Source: Muribaculaceae bacterium
GTDB lineage: Bacteria > Bacteroidota > Bacteroidia > Bacteroidales > Muribaculaceae
Assembly (NCBI GenBank): GCA_017620635.1
Contig: JAGAUV010000008.1
Span: forward strand, 13,883 to 77,882
Direction: 5' to 3'
Length of the DNA stretch: 64,000 bases
The position numbers were made by a program, and so were the translations under genes. Of the stretch, positions 27,666-37,896 are shown piece by piece. A model generated the notes under the pieces. That model made no database searches, was not told the origin of the DNA, and saw only the letters and a list, made by a program, of their open reading frames with translations. Each line of letters begins with the position of its first letter. Position 1 is the stretch's first letter.

Positions 27666-28250
27666 TCAGTCTCTTTCGTCCATCATCTTGCGTATGTCGC
27701 TCACTGCGGCATCATCAGTCCGCTGGGCTTTGGCAAATATTCGATAGCCTATACATACACCGAAAGCAGCACCGATAACTGCGCCAGTTATCAAGCTTTC
27801 ATTTTCGACTGTATTTAGTTCCATAGCATACCATAAGCACCATAATGCGACTGCCGGTATTCCGATCGCGAACTGTATCCTGCGCATTTTTTGACGCTTG
27901 ACAAGAGCTGTCATAAGATCGAACAAAGGCATGCTTGTATAATCCTTGTCGCTCATTCTGTTGATATATACGTCGAACACCGCGGAGCAAGTAGTGAAAA
28001 ATACCGTTGCCCAATAGAAGCCCCACGAAAGATTCTGCCTGTAGGTCAATAACAGGAAAACGATGTAGATAAACGGCAGTAACACGAATAGCTGCACTTT
28101 ATTGTAACGCCTTATCCACTGTGCTTTATACGATATGACTTGTCGCATAAGTTCATTGTTCACGAGATCTTTGCCGGCGACGATTCGCTTAAGCTCACGC
28201 ATCTGTTCTTTCATCAGATCGAGCTCGGCTTTGTTATTGTATTCTTCCAT
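27666..28250 (-). CDS. Membrane protein, putative anti-sigma factor
   Basis: Charged N-terminal helix then about 4 transmembrane segments; directly follows the ECF sigma gene. Start refined to 28250. Confidence 0.65.
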   Translation of the reverse strand: MEEYNNKAELDLMKEQMRELKRIVAGKDLVNNELMRQVISYKAQWIRRYNKVQLFVLLPFIYIVFLLLTYRQNLSWGFYWATVFFTTCSAVFDVYINRMSDKDYTSMPLFDLMTALVKRQKMRRIQFAIGIPAVALWCLWYAMELNTVENESLITGAVIGAAFGVCIGYRIFAKAQRTDDAAVSDIRKMMDERD

Positions 28251-28251
28251 C

Positions 28252-28725
28252 TTATTGTAGCTTTTTAAGTTTTTCACGTATTCGCATAAGTCTCACTCCG
28301 ACTGCCTTTACCGACAGACCGACAATGGCACCGATCTCTTCGTATGACATATCTTCGAGCCACAGGAGAACGATAGCACGGTCAAACGGTTCGAGCAGGC
28401 GTATGCGCTGATGCAATAGCTTGCTTTGAGGGCTGCGTTCGATCTCATCATATGCCGATTCAATTCCGGCACACTCAAGAGGCGATGTACTGATCTTGCG
28501 TTTGCGCTTGTAGCTGATACATGTGTTGAGGCTTACTCGATATACCCATGTCGACGGCCTGCTTTCGTATCTGAATTTTTCAAATCCGCGCCACAGGTTT
28601 ATGAGTATTTCCTGGAAAAGATCGTCTGCCTCGACCTTGTCTTCGGCAAACATATAGCAGACAGAATAGACTGTCGATGTCTGTTGCCGGACAAGCCGTT
28701 CAAAATCTTTTTCGTTGTTGCACAT
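28252..28725 (-). CDS. ECF sigma-70 family factor
   Basis: DLFQEILINLW, STWVYRVSLN, MSYEEIGAIVG...V.VRL.R. Confidence 0.95.
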   Translation of the reverse strand: MCNNEKDFERLVRQQTSTVYSVCYMFAEDKVEADDLFQEILINLWRGFEKFRYESRPSTWVYRVSLNTCISYKRKRKISTSPLECAGIESAYDEIERSPQSKLLHQRIRLLEPFDRAIVLLWLEDMSYEEIGAIVGLSVKAVGVRLMRIREKLKKLQ

Positions 28726-28752
28726 ATTTTTTTTACTAATGGTATTTGCTCA

Positions 28753-28781
28753 TTAGACGCAGGTACAGCAAAAAAACAACA
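28753..28781 (-). promoter_or_regulatory. Candidate ECF autoregulatory promoter TGTTGT-N16-CGTCTAA
   Basis: CGTCTAA -10-like element, also present upstream of the paralogous ECF gene. Confidence 0.45.
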
Positions 28782-28810
28782 GCACTCTTAAAAATTTTTA
28801 TGAAAAACTA

Positions 28811-30499
28811 TCAATATGAAATTCGATGGGCCTTGAGCTCGTCGTAATCAGGCTGTCTTAAACCGCTTTCCCTCAGCTCTACAGCCTCATTATAGTCGTT
28901 GAGAAATACTCTGCCCGGCTCCTTGTAGCCCGACGAACTAAGGTCGGCATCTTCACGGAAATATCGTGTTTCAACGCCGGCAAGCGACACAATGGTATGG
29001 AAGGCGCTTTGACTAGACGACACGTTCTTGCCCGTATTCGCCACCAGTCCGGCGTATTTATCGCCGTGCTCCGAACGGTATGCGTCGCTAAGCCATACGA
29101 TCATCGGTACGTGTATCTGCCAGTAGGTCGGAGTCGGCGACGCATGCAGGAAGCGGCCGCGCTCATCATCGAAAATGTCTTCTCCGTGATCCGCGAGATA
29201 TATCATCGCCGCAGGGCGCCCCGACGAAGCGAGTATACCGGCTATGCTGTCGAGTGTCATGTCGGTATAGCGTATGGCATTGTCATACGAATTTATAAGG
29301 CCCTCACGGTTCGACGCTTCAGCTTCCGAGCTGCCCTCGGGTGTGAAATGACGGAAAGCCGAGGGATAGCGTTCCTTATAGTTGAAGTGGCAGCCATAGG
29401 TATGGAGAACGGCGAACAGGCGCCGATTCGGATTGGAAGACAGGAAACCTTCAAGATACGGACACAGCTCGCCGTCATAATGCTCTGCTCCGTCATCGGT
29501 AATGAACTTTATGGTATCGGCCTGTTCTCCGAAGAAATCGATAAGAGCTCCGTTGCGCTTCTGATTCGAGAACCACGCCGTTGCGAAGCCGGCCTCCTTG
29601 AATGTGTCTATAACCCCTTTGACGCATGATATTGAGTCTCCGAAAGAAGCGGCTTCAAGATGCGACATAAGCAATGGCACGCTCTTATGCGTAGTGTTAC
29701 TCTCGCTCAGTGCTTTGGAGAACGATACCAGCCCCCTGCGCTGCGACAGTAGCGGATTAGTGTCGCGGCCATAACCGTTGAGTTGCCAGTTGTCGGCTCG
29801 CGAAGTCTCGCCTATCACAAGTACAAAGACACATGCGCTGTCCGGGCTCTCGCATTTGGCATCGAAGCTGAAATCCGCCGACTGTTCACGGTAAGCTTCG
29901 GTCTCCTCGGCCCTGTCTACAGCCATTGCCATATTAGATATCACATTTACAGGGAACAGACGCCGTGTCGGACGATAAGTATCGCAGCAAAGCCAGAATA
30001 CCACACCGGCAAGCGCGAGTACACCACCGACACCAAGTGCGAGCCTGCGCATGCGTTTATCGGCATGTATCCCTTTGACACACAGCACCACTGCGGCGAT
30101 TATCGGCGGAAGATACAGCGCACAGACAACTATTATGGCCTCCGACAGATTCCGCAACAGCTCCGTAGCCTCGTGGTAGTTCGTTGTCAGCACATTGAGG
30201 AACATGTCTATCGCTATTATCGACTCGCCGTAGAGGAATAGCAATACTATCTGGAACGCGCACAAAATCATTATCGGCAGGAACCAGAGAGTCGTGGCGC
30301 CAACTCGCCGCCCTGCTCCGAAAAGCATCAGATATACTCCGCCGGGCAGAAGAATATTGATGGCACGTTCGCAGAATGTATAGTGTATCTCGGTGAAATC
30401 CAGAATAATGTTGGGGCCAAGTAAAAGTAATGGTACAAGCCATACCATTACATCTGCCACAAAACCGCCCTTGAATGATATTTTGTCAGAACGCTTCAT
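28811..30499 (-). CDS. Phosphoethanolamine transferase (EptA-like, alkaline phosphatase superfamily)
   Basis: N-terminal transmembrane segments; IGETSR, T(T)HKSVP nucleophile region, HTYGCH, YDN.I.YTD, DHGE. Start refined to 30499. Confidence 0.88.
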   Translation of the reverse strand: MKRSDKISFKGGFVADVMVWLVPLLLLGPNIILDFTEIHYTFCERAINILLPGGVYLMLFGAGRRVGATTLWFLPIMILCAFQIVLLFLYGESIIAIDMFLNVLTTNYHEATELLRNLSEAIIVVCALYLPPIIAAVVLCVKGIHADKRMRRLALGVGGVLALAGVVFWLCCDTYRPTRRLFPVNVISNMAMAVDRAEETEAYREQSADFSFDAKCESPDSACVFVLVIGETSRADNWQLNGYGRDTNPLLSQRRGLVSFSKALSESNTTHKSVPLLMSHLEAASFGDSISCVKGVIDTFKEAGFATAWFSNQKRNGALIDFFGEQADTIKFITDDGAEHYDGELCPYLEGFLSSNPNRRLFAVLHTYGCHFNYKERYPSAFRHFTPEGSSEAEASNREGLINSYDNAIRYTDMTLDSIAGILASSGRPAAMIYLADHGEDIFDDERGRFLHASPTPTYWQIHVPMIVWLSDAYRSEHGDKYAGLVANTGKNVSSSQSAFHTIVSLAGVETRYFREDADLSSSGYKEPGRVFLNDYNEAVELRESGLRQPDYDELKAHRISY

Positions 30500-31706
30500 T
30501 GATGCTGAAAATAAAACCTGTCTGACCGCGACCGAAGCCGAGGTCGAGACGGACATTGACACGGCGTTTGAATTCCCAGCGGTAGCCTATGCCGTAGTTC
30601 GGCAATACACGGCTCCACCTCAGCGCCGAAAATTTAGGGAAAATGGTACCGGCTCCGGCCCAGAGAGCTATGCCGTTGCGGCGCCAGATGTGCTGCCGCA
30701 GTTCGATGCAGGCATCGATCTCGCATTTGTCGCGATAGCGGCCCTCGAAATATCCGCGCATATTGTCGCTGCCGCCAAGGGTCGAGAGCAATCCCCAGGG
30801 AGTATTGCCGTAAGTAAGCCGCGAGTGCAGCTGCATGGCCAGTGTAGCCCCTTTCCAAACAGGCCTGTAATGAGCCAGCCTTAGCTCGGTAAGAGAAAAC
30901 GCATACTTGTTGCCTATGCCGCGCGGATTGAATCGCTGGTCAAGCCGCAGATATACACCGCGGAATGCGTTGGTCAGGAAATCGCGGTTGTCGTACTGAA
31001 GTGTGAATCCGACGCCGAAATTGAATGTCCTGTCGGACTGTCCTTCCCATAGCTCCGGTTTGGCTTCATCACGCGCGTTGATATAATCCACCGTAAGCAT
31101 CGGGCCGAGGTATAGATTACGGGCCAGACGCCATACATAGTTTACGTTAGTCTGCGAGGTAAAGTACTTGTACTTGCTTTCGTTCTCGTCGTTGCGCCCC
31201 ATTTCGTAACCTATGCCCCAGAATTTGGTCGCTATCTGAGCTACATTTACATCATAGTTGAGTCGCGCACGGTCGAAAGGAAAGATATGATTGCCGCGCA
31301 CGCCGAGTTTGAAGAACATGCTCGTGGTCGCATCGGCATATATCGCCACATTCGACAGCGGAGAAACAGTATCTCGCGCCGACGACCGGTAAAGGCCTGA
31401 GCCGACAAGGCCTATGCCGAATTTTGTATCCGACGAATAATGCGGTCCGCCGATAATGCTGAAATCGAATTTTTTATTACGTCTTACCTTGTTCGACTCA
31501 TTGAAATAGGCTATTATCTTATCGAAGAAGCCGCGTGGTTTCTGTGCCGAAGCTGCCGAATCCACGCTTTCTTCCGTCTGATGCAGCCCGGACGATATCG
31601 AGCCGGCGACCGTATCGGCATACGCGACGGTGCCGTAATCATCAGCTCGGCAATATATTAGCATTGCCAGGCACATACATGTGATGAAAGAAATTGCTCT
31701 ATACAT
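30486..31706 (-). CDS. Omp85 (BamA/TamA-like) beta-barrel protein without POTRA domains
   Basis: Signal peptide from ATG 31706; YDNRD, LGG..MRGY.EGRYRD, G.GYRW, C-terminal INEAF. Confidence 0.85.
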   Translation of the reverse strand: MYRAISFITCMCLAMLIYCRADDYGTVAYADTVAGSISSGLHQTEESVDSAASAQKPRGFFDKIIAYFNESNKVRRNKKFDFSIIGGPHYSSDTKFGIGLVGSGLYRSSARDTVSPLSNVAIYADATTSMFFKLGVRGNHIFPFDRARLNYDVNVAQIATKFWGIGYEMGRNDENESKYKYFTSQTNVNYVWRLARNLYLGPMLTVDYINARDEAKPELWEGQSDRTFNFGVGFTLQYDNRDFLTNAFRGVYLRLDQRFNPRGIGNKYAFSLTELRLAHYRPVWKGATLAMQLHSRLTYGNTPWGLLSTLGGSDNMRGYFEGRYRDKCEIDACIELRQHIWRRNGIALWAGAGTIFPKFSALRWSRVLPNYGIGYRWEFKRRVNVRLDLGFGRGQTGFIFSINEAF

Positions 31707-31788
31707 AGTGAAAACTCCTTGCAAAATTAACAAATAAATAGTAATTTTGTTAACGGCAAAATACATTTGGACCTCATTATTGGCATAA

Positions 31789-33303
31789 ATGGAGAATACT
31801 GATAAATCTACGGCATGGCAGCTCGCATCGCTGATGCACCTACACGGTATAAGGCATGTTGTCGTGTCTCCCGGTTCGAGGAACACTCCTGTTATCCTTG
31901 CCTTCTCACGTTCAGGCTTATTCAGCCTTCATTATATAGTGGATGAACGTGTGGCGGCATTTGCGGCACTCGGCATGGCCGTAGCCCTTGATCAGACTGT
32001 CGCGATGGTATGTACCTCAGGCTCTGCCGTTCTCAATTATGGTCCGGCATTGGCAGAAGCATATTACAGCCACATCCCCATTGTCGCCATTTCCGCCGAC
32101 AGGCCTTACTGCGATATCGATCAGAACCGGCCTCAGACAATTCGTCAGGCAAATGTTCTTGATCACGTCATCAGAAAGAGCGTGGATATACGCGACGGCG
32201 AGGACAGTAAATACGCAAACCGACTGATCAACGAGGCCCTTGCCGCAGCCGACGGCCATATAAAAGGACCGGTGCATATCAACATGCAGTTTGCGATGCC
32301 GTTGACGATCAGCGGAAGCATCGGCAGTGTCTATTCGCGACTGATACGCCCGATAGGACCGCCCTGTGAGGTGGTAGACTTTTCCGACTGTACACGCGAT
32401 TCATATCTATTTGTAGGCGGACTCAGGCCCGGGCAAGAACTGCGGATGGTACGCGAATACATTTCACAGATTCCATCGAATTTTACTGTGATCGCGGAAG
32501 CGCAGTCGAATCTCTCTGATATGTCGCTTATCACAGCTGCGGAATTTGAAGCCAATATCGACAGTATCAGTTATCCCGACTGTATCTTTATAGCCGGCAG
32601 TCCTCTGGTCTCGGCAAAAACAAGCCGATGGATAGATGATGCCCCATGTCAGCGTTTCTATATAGGCTGCAACGACATAGTCTTCAGCTACGACAGCTTG
32701 CGTGTGCCGTTGAGCACATTCCTAAGGCATATAGCCGGTATCAAGACGAGTGTATCACACAAGTGCTTGCCCGATTTGTCAAGGACTTGGCACGAGACAG
32801 AACCTACGCCGGTATCACGTCTCATCGCACGGCTGTCGGGCAAGGATATTTTGCTGCACATCAGCAACGGCATGTCGATACGTGAAGCTCAGAAGGTGGC
32901 GATAGCACGGCCGACAGAAATATGGTCGAACCGAGGCGTAAGCGGCATCGACGGTTGCACCTCCACAGCAATAGGCTCGTCGCTTGTGAGCGAGCACCCG
33001 GTAGTCCTGATCAGCGGCGATATGTCGGCGGCATACGATATCGGTGCTCTTGCCACGGAAGGTGTGGGCGGCAACTTCACCATGATAGTCGTGAGCAACA
33101 ATGGCGGCGACATATTCAGAAAGGTAGCGACCACATGCGATCTGCCCGAACGGGAGCGTTACTTCACTGCCATGCCGAAGTTCCCCTTGCAGCAGCTTGC
33201 AGCCGCCTATGGCTTCGATTATATTTCGACCGACGATCCCGACTCGATAGAGATCGCGCAGGGCCAACGCCCCCTGATAATAGAACTTACAGCTAAAAAA
33301 TAA
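31789..33303 (+). CDS. menD: SEPHCHC synthase MenD
   Basis: [43 protein letters not shown]. Confidence 0.93.
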   Translation: MENTDKSTAWQLASLMHLHGIRHVVVSPGSRNTPVILAFSRSGLFSLHYIVDERVAAFAALGMAVALDQTVAMVCTSGSAVLNYGPALAEAYYSHIPIVAISADRPYCDIDQNRPQTIRQANVLDHVIRKSVDIRDGEDSKYANRLINEALAAADGHIKGPVHINMQFAMPLTISGSIGSVYSRLIRPIGPPCEVVDFSDCTRDSYLFVGGLRPGQELRMVREYISQIPSNFTVIAEAQSNLSDMSLITAAEFEANIDSISYPDCIFIAGSPLVSAKTSRWIDDAPCQRFYIGCNDIVFSYDSLRVPLSTFLRHIAGIKTSVSHKCLPDLSRTWHETEPTPVSRLIARLSGKDILLHISNGMSIREAQKVAIARPTEIWSNRGVSGIDGCTSTAIGSSLVSEHPVVLISGDMSAAYDIGALATEGVGGNFTMIVVSNNGGDIFRKVATTCDLPERERYFTAMPKFPLQQLAAAYGFDYISTDDPDSIEIAQGQRPLIIELTAKK

Positions 33304-33319
33304 TATAACAGACAGATAT

Positions 33320-34138
33320 ATGCGCACCTGGAAAACGATCAAACAATACACCGACATACTCTTCGATTTCTATGAGGGTATCGCAAAAATTACCATCAAC
33401 CGCCCGGAAGTATACAATGCTTTCCGGCCGCTTACAAATCACGAGATACTTGACGCTTTGGCTTATTGCCGCGACACCCCCGAGGTCCGTGTCGTAGTCC
33501 TTACCGGCGCAGGCGACAAGGCTTTCTGCAGCGGAGGCGACCAGCACTATAAATCGCGCGGCGGCTACCGTGATTCCGACGGCACACCACGTCTTAATGT
33601 GCTCGAGATTCACAAAGCCATCCGCTCGCTGGTAAAACCTGTGATAGCCATGGTCAACGGATACGCGATAGGAGGCGGCAATGTGCTGCAGGTGGTATGC
33701 GACCTTTCTATCGCATCAGAAAACGCTCGCTTCGGCCAGACCGGCCCCAAGGTCGGCAGCTTCGACGCCGGCTTCGGCTCGAGCTATCTCGCTCGCTGCG
33801 TAGGTCAGAAAAAAGCGCGTGAGATATGGTTTCTTTGCCGCCAATATACCGCCGAGGAGGCTCTCGAGATGGGTATGATCAACAAAGTAGTGCCTTTCGA
33901 CAGACTCGAGGATGAAGTAGTGGAATGGTGCGAGGCCATAATAAAGCGCAGCCCCTTTGCCATACGCATGATCAAGCGCGCGCTCAACGCCGAGCTCGAC
34001 GGCCAGCATGGCCTGATGGAATTTGCCGGCGACGCCACGCTGATGTATTACCTCATGGACGAGGCACAGGAAGGCGCTCAGGCTTTCCTTGAAAAACGCG
34101 ATCCCGACTTCGACAAATTCCCTCAGTTCCCGGGATAA
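33320..34138 (+). CDS. menB: 1,4-dihydroxy-2-naphthoyl-CoA synthase
   Basis: [27 protein letters not shown]. Confidence 0.97.
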   Translation: MRTWKTIKQYTDILFDFYEGIAKITINRPEVYNAFRPLTNHEILDALAYCRDTPEVRVVVLTGAGDKAFCSGGDQHYKSRGGYRDSDGTPRLNVLEIHKAIRSLVKPVIAMVNGYAIGGGNVLQVVCDLSIASENARFGQTGPKVGSFDAGFGSSYLARCVGQKKAREIWFLCRQYTAEEALEMGMINKVVPFDRLEDEVVEWCEAIIKRSPFAIRMIKRALNAELDGQHGLMEFAGDATLMYYLMDEAQEGAQAFLEKRDPDFDKFPQFPG

Positions 34139-35181
34139 TGGCCCGTGTCGACTACAAAGCCGAGTGGTGCCGCTACACGCTCGACTTCAATTTCGAGGCC
34201 CGTACATCACGTGGCGCGATGCGCCATAAAGATACCTATTTCATCCGTATCACTGCCCCCGACGGCCGATGCGGAATAGGAGAAGTGCCCCTCTTCCGCG
34301 GCCTGTCGCAAGAAGACACTCCCGATTTCGAGAATATTCTTGCGGACAGATGTCGCGATGTGACTTCGGCCGAGCCGGCGCCAAGCTCTATAGCATTCGG
34401 CATACACAGCGCTTTCGACAATATGCCGCATACCGACATGCCGGAGCGTGAGCCTTCCGACTGGGAGCGCGGCCTGAGAGGCATACCTGTCAACGGCCTT
34501 GTATGGATGGGCGACAAGCGACTGATGCAGACTCGCATATCCCAGAAACTTGACCAGGGCTTCCGGGTAATAAAAATTAAGATCGGAGGCATCGACTTCG
34601 ACGATGAGCTCGATCTCATCGCCGGCTTGAGACAGTGCTTTTCACGGGCTGATCTCGAAATACGCCTCGATGCCAACGGCGCTTTTACTCCAGAAAACGC
34701 TCTGGAGCGGCTGCAAAGGCTTGCTCCGTTCGGCATCCACTCGCTCGAACAGCCCATACGAGCCGGCCAGACCGAAGCCATGGCCGCAATATGCGACAAA
34801 TCACCTATCCCTGTCGCTCTCGATGAAGAACTCATCGGCACGCGCTCGATCGAGGAAAAGGCACAGCTTATCGACGATATAAAACCGGCATATCTTGTCC
34901 TGAAACCGTCCTTATGCGGCGGTTTCGCAGATGCCGAACAGTACATGCGTCTTATCGGCCCGGGCCGCTGGTGGGTAACATCGGCGCTCGAATCGAATGT
35001 CGGCCTTTATGCTATCGCAAAATGGCTGTCGCGTTTCGAAACAGATATGGCTCAGGGCCTTGGCACAGGTCTGCTCTACACCAACAATATCGCCGCACCC
35101 CTTGCCATGGAAGGAAACAGGCTTTGGTGCAAGCCAGACAGGCCATGGCAAGACCTCAGCTCGCTACCATGGCATCAATAG
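34138..35181 (+). CDS. menC: o-succinylbenzoate synthase
   Basis: KIKIG, RLDANG, EQP, ALDEEL, LKP.L.GG; men cluster context. Confidence 0.92.
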   Translation: MARVDYKAEWCRYTLDFNFEARTSRGAMRHKDTYFIRITAPDGRCGIGEVPLFRGLSQEDTPDFENILADRCRDVTSAEPAPSSIAFGIHSAFDNMPHTDMPEREPSDWERGLRGIPVNGLVWMGDKRLMQTRISQKLDQGFRVIKIKIGGIDFDDELDLIAGLRQCFSRADLEIRLDANGAFTPENALERLQRLAPFGIHSLEQPIRAGQTEAMAAICDKSPIPVALDEELIGTRSIEEKAQLIDDIKPAYLVLKPSLCGGFADAEQYMRLIGPGRWWVTSALESNVGLYAIAKWLSRFETDMAQGLGTGLLYTNNIAAPLAMEGNRLWCKPDRPWQDLSSLPWHQ

Positions 35182-36116
35182 AAAGTTTCATAGCCGAATG
35201 GCAGTCGGACAGTCCGTTTATAGAAGCGCACACCTCCGGCTCGACAGGTACGCCCAAGGCCATTTCGCTCCGCAAAAGCGACATGGAGGCATCGGCTCGC
35301 GCCACAAACGCCCGTTTCGGTATAGATGCGGCCTCAGTTCTCGCGCTTCCGCTTTCGGTCGATTATATAGCCGGCAAAATGATGGTGGTACGTGCATTGA
35401 CCGCCGGGTGCAGGCTTGTGGAGTTGCCGCTCAGCAACGAAATAATTATACCCGACGACATCTCGCGCATCGACCTTTTGCCTGTCGTGCCGAGCCAGAT
35501 TCAGTCGCTCCTGCGTCAGCCGCATCTGTCATTGAAAATACGCAATCTGCTGATAGGCGGAGCGGCACCGTCGCCCGACGACTGCCACAAACTCGTCCTG
35601 TCGGGCTACAATGCCTTTATAAGCTATGGTATGACCGAGACTTGCAGTCATGTGGCTCTCGCGCATGCCGACGACAGCCGCAGAGTCTTCCGCGCTATGC
35701 CGGGCATAACATTCGAAACCGACGGCGACGGCAGGCTGATAATAAACGCCCCTGCATTCTCCTTCGGCCACCTTCTTACCAACGACTTAGTCACTCTGCT
35801 GTCTCCCGACGCCATGATATGGCGAGGCCGGGCCGACGGCGTGATAAACAGCGGCGGCATAAAGCTGATTCCTGAAGAACTCGAGGCGCTCTACCGCGAC
35901 TTCCTCGGCGGCTATGATTTTTTTGTGACAGGAATCAAGGACGATATCTGGGGCGAAGCTGTAACCCTTGTCATCGAGGCGCCCGAGGATGAGGCGGATT
36001 CAATCATGAGGACACTCCGGCAATCGATAGCTGATCATCGGCGCGTCCCGAAATCGGTCATTGCCGTGCCCGAGCTTGCCCGTACATCGAACGGCAAGAT
36101 CAGACGCAGGCTCTAA
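35169..36116 (+). CDS. menE: o-succinylbenzoate-CoA ligase
   Basis: TSGSTGTPK, YGMTET, GR.D.VINSGG.K, NGKI. Start refined to ATG 35169, overlapping the menC end. Confidence 0.88.
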   Translation: MASIESFIAEWQSDSPFIEAHTSGSTGTPKAISLRKSDMEASARATNARFGIDAASVLALPLSVDYIAGKMMVVRALTAGCRLVELPLSNEIIIPDDISRIDLLPVVPSQIQSLLRQPHLSLKIRNLLIGGAAPSPDDCHKLVLSGYNAFISYGMTETCSHVALAHADDSRRVFRAMPGITFETDGDGRLIINAPAFSFGHLLTNDLVTLLSPDAMIWRGRADGVINSGGIKLIPEELEALYRDFLGGYDFFVTGIKDDIWGEAVTLVIEAPEDEADSIMRTLRQSIADHRRVPKSVIAVPELARTSNGKIRRRL

Positions 36117-36934
36117 CGCAGATACTTCTCAACAAGAGCCTCATACTCGGGCGTGGCCTTGAACTCTTCGAGCCATCGGTTCAATGAATCGAGCAGTACG
36201 CTGTCGCCCGGAGCGACGGCCCAGCATTGCAGCTGACTGAGCGAGACAGGTGTGGAAATGTCAAGAGCCGGATAATCGACCGCCACACGGCGTGCGACAG
36301 CCTCGCCTACTACCGCACGGGGTATCTTGCCGAGTGCTGTCATAATGGCAAGCAGTTCGGCTGAATGGCCTTCCTTATATGCCACATATACACTGTCGCC
36401 AAGCTCTTTCGAGAGATTGCGCAGGCGCAACAGCCCCGGAGATCCGTCGGGTATCCACACCGTATCGCCGGCAAGTTCGTGTGCGGCTCTCACATAGGAA
36501 GCTGAGGCCGTGTCGGCCAACTGCACAACTACCTGACGGTCGAGATATACGGCATCGGTAAGCGGAAAATGTTTCTTCAGCACATTTGTCTTAGGCATCG
36601 AAGCCACAAGGATATCATACTTGCCGTCTTTGAGGCCCTGAAAAGCATCATCGAGCTCGCCGACAGCGCAAAACTTCATATTGATGCCGTGCTTACGGGC
36701 GATATCCTTCAGTATCTGGTAGTCGAAGCCCGATGCCGTGTCTTTACTGAAAGTAAATGTCAGCGGCGACATCTCCATTGCCACCGACAGCGTGTCTCCG
36801 CCGGGACGCCTGAAATCGTTGGCGAGCGTAGAGCGCGACATTTCGCATCTGCGGAGCATACCTATGGCTGTCAATGCGAACACAGCCAGGATAATAAGTA
36901 AGGTAAGTATATTTTGACGTCTGTTCTTAATCAT
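36113..36934 (-). CDS. Family 3 solute-binding-domain protein (MltF N-terminal-like), membrane anchored
   Basis: N-terminal transmembrane segment, SGFDYQIL, G.YDILVA, WAV....L...LN.W; no SLT domain. Start refined to 36934. Confidence 0.75.
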   Translation of the reverse strand: MIKNRRQNILTLLIILAVFALTAIGMLRRCEMSRSTLANDFRRPGGDTLSVAMEMSPLTFTFSKDTASGFDYQILKDIARKHGINMKFCAVGELDDAFQGLKDGKYDILVASMPKTNVLKKHFPLTDAVYLDRQVVVQLADTASASYVRAAHELAGDTVWIPDGSPGLLRLRNLSKELGDSVYVAYKEGHSAELLAIMTALGKIPRAVVGEAVARRVAVDYPALDISTPVSLSQLQCWAVAPGDSVLLDSLNRWLEEFKATPEYEALVEKYLR

Positions 36935-36953
36935 ATTCGGATTTATTAAGAAC

Positions 36954-36977
36954 AACGCCGGACGATGCCGAAAAGTT
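36954..36977 (-). promoter_or_regulatory. AAC-N18-GTT promoter candidate upstream of the solute-binding-domain gene
   Basis: Minus strand cAAC ttttcggcatcgtccggc GTTgtt, about 20 nt before ATG 36934. Confidence 0.5.
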
Positions 36978-36988
36978 GAGGCTATGCC

Positions 36989-37810
36989 TTATCTCTTGCT
37001 CAGAATGTCTTTGATGTGATTGCGAAGTATGTGGAATGCCGGAGCGGCCATGTCGCCGTGATTATAACCGTCGAGCTCATAAATATATGTCTGAGGATGG
37101 CCGACAAGCTTCATCATGCGCCACATATAGGCGTTCTCTTCATAGCGGCCGTAGAGCTCCTGCTCGCGGTCGCCTGTAATGATTACATACGGCGGACAAT
37201 CCTTGCGTACATGATAGAGTGGTGCGAAACGGTCGACACCGGGCTGCAGCTCCGACATGCCCTGCGACTTGCGGTGTGAGAAGTGTGTGATTACCTGGCC
37301 CGAGAAAGGAATAAGGCCGGCGATAGAGTCGGCATCGACACCATATCTCGACAGCCACGTCTTGTCGAGGCCTATCATGCTTGTAAGATAGCCACCGGCC
37401 GAATGTCCCGAAACAAAGATCTTGTCTCTGTCGCCGCCATAATCGGCTATGTGATCGAATACCCATGCCGTGGCGGCCGCCGCATCATCGATACATTCGG
37501 CTACCGACACCGAGGGGATAAGCCTGTAACGGACAGGAACAACGACATATCCGCGATTCTTCAGCTCGTCGGGCAGATGCTTGTCGCCACCGGTAAGGCC
37601 GCCGCCGTGAAACCATATTACAACAGGCGACTCTGCCCTGCTCTTGTCGGCCGGATAATAGATGTCGAGAACACATCGTGCCCTCTCAAGGCTGTCGGAA
37701 GCAACGCGGTAAGGTATGTTTCGGTTGAATTTATATTCTTCCGCACGGCAACTCAAAGCAGCTGTCACGGAAATTAATATTAGCACTGATAAGGTCCGGA
37801 GTATCTTCAT
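36989..37810 (-). CDS. Secreted alpha/beta hydrolase (HSL-like esterase)
   Basis: Signal peptide, HGGG, GHSAGG, C-terminal catalytic His region (GYNHG). Confidence 0.88.
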   Translation of the reverse strand: MKILRTLSVLILISVTAALSCRAEEYKFNRNIPYRVASDSLERARCVLDIYYPADKSRAESPVVIWFHGGGLTGGDKHLPDELKNRGYVVVPVRYRLIPSVSVAECIDDAAAATAWVFDHIADYGGDRDKIFVSGHSAGGYLTSMIGLDKTWLSRYGVDADSIAGLIPFSGQVITHFSHRKSQGMSELQPGVDRFAPLYHVRKDCPPYVIITGDREQELYGRYEENAYMWRMMKLVGHPQTYIYELDGYNHGDMAAPAFHILRNHIKDILSKR

Positions 37811-37896
37811 ATGGTATTGGATTTTTGCTCGGTCATGCAAATTTAGACAAAATCCCTATAATACGAAAGCGGATTTTGCTTAATTTTGCACCCGAA

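Noticed and set aside
34914-35875. Extended menE N-terminus and a 292-aa same-strand alternative-frame ORF, suggesting a menC-menE frameshift fusion
   Set aside because: ATG 35169 gives a normal short overlap with menC; the alternative frame is Arg-rich and unprotein-like, and I see no slippery site.
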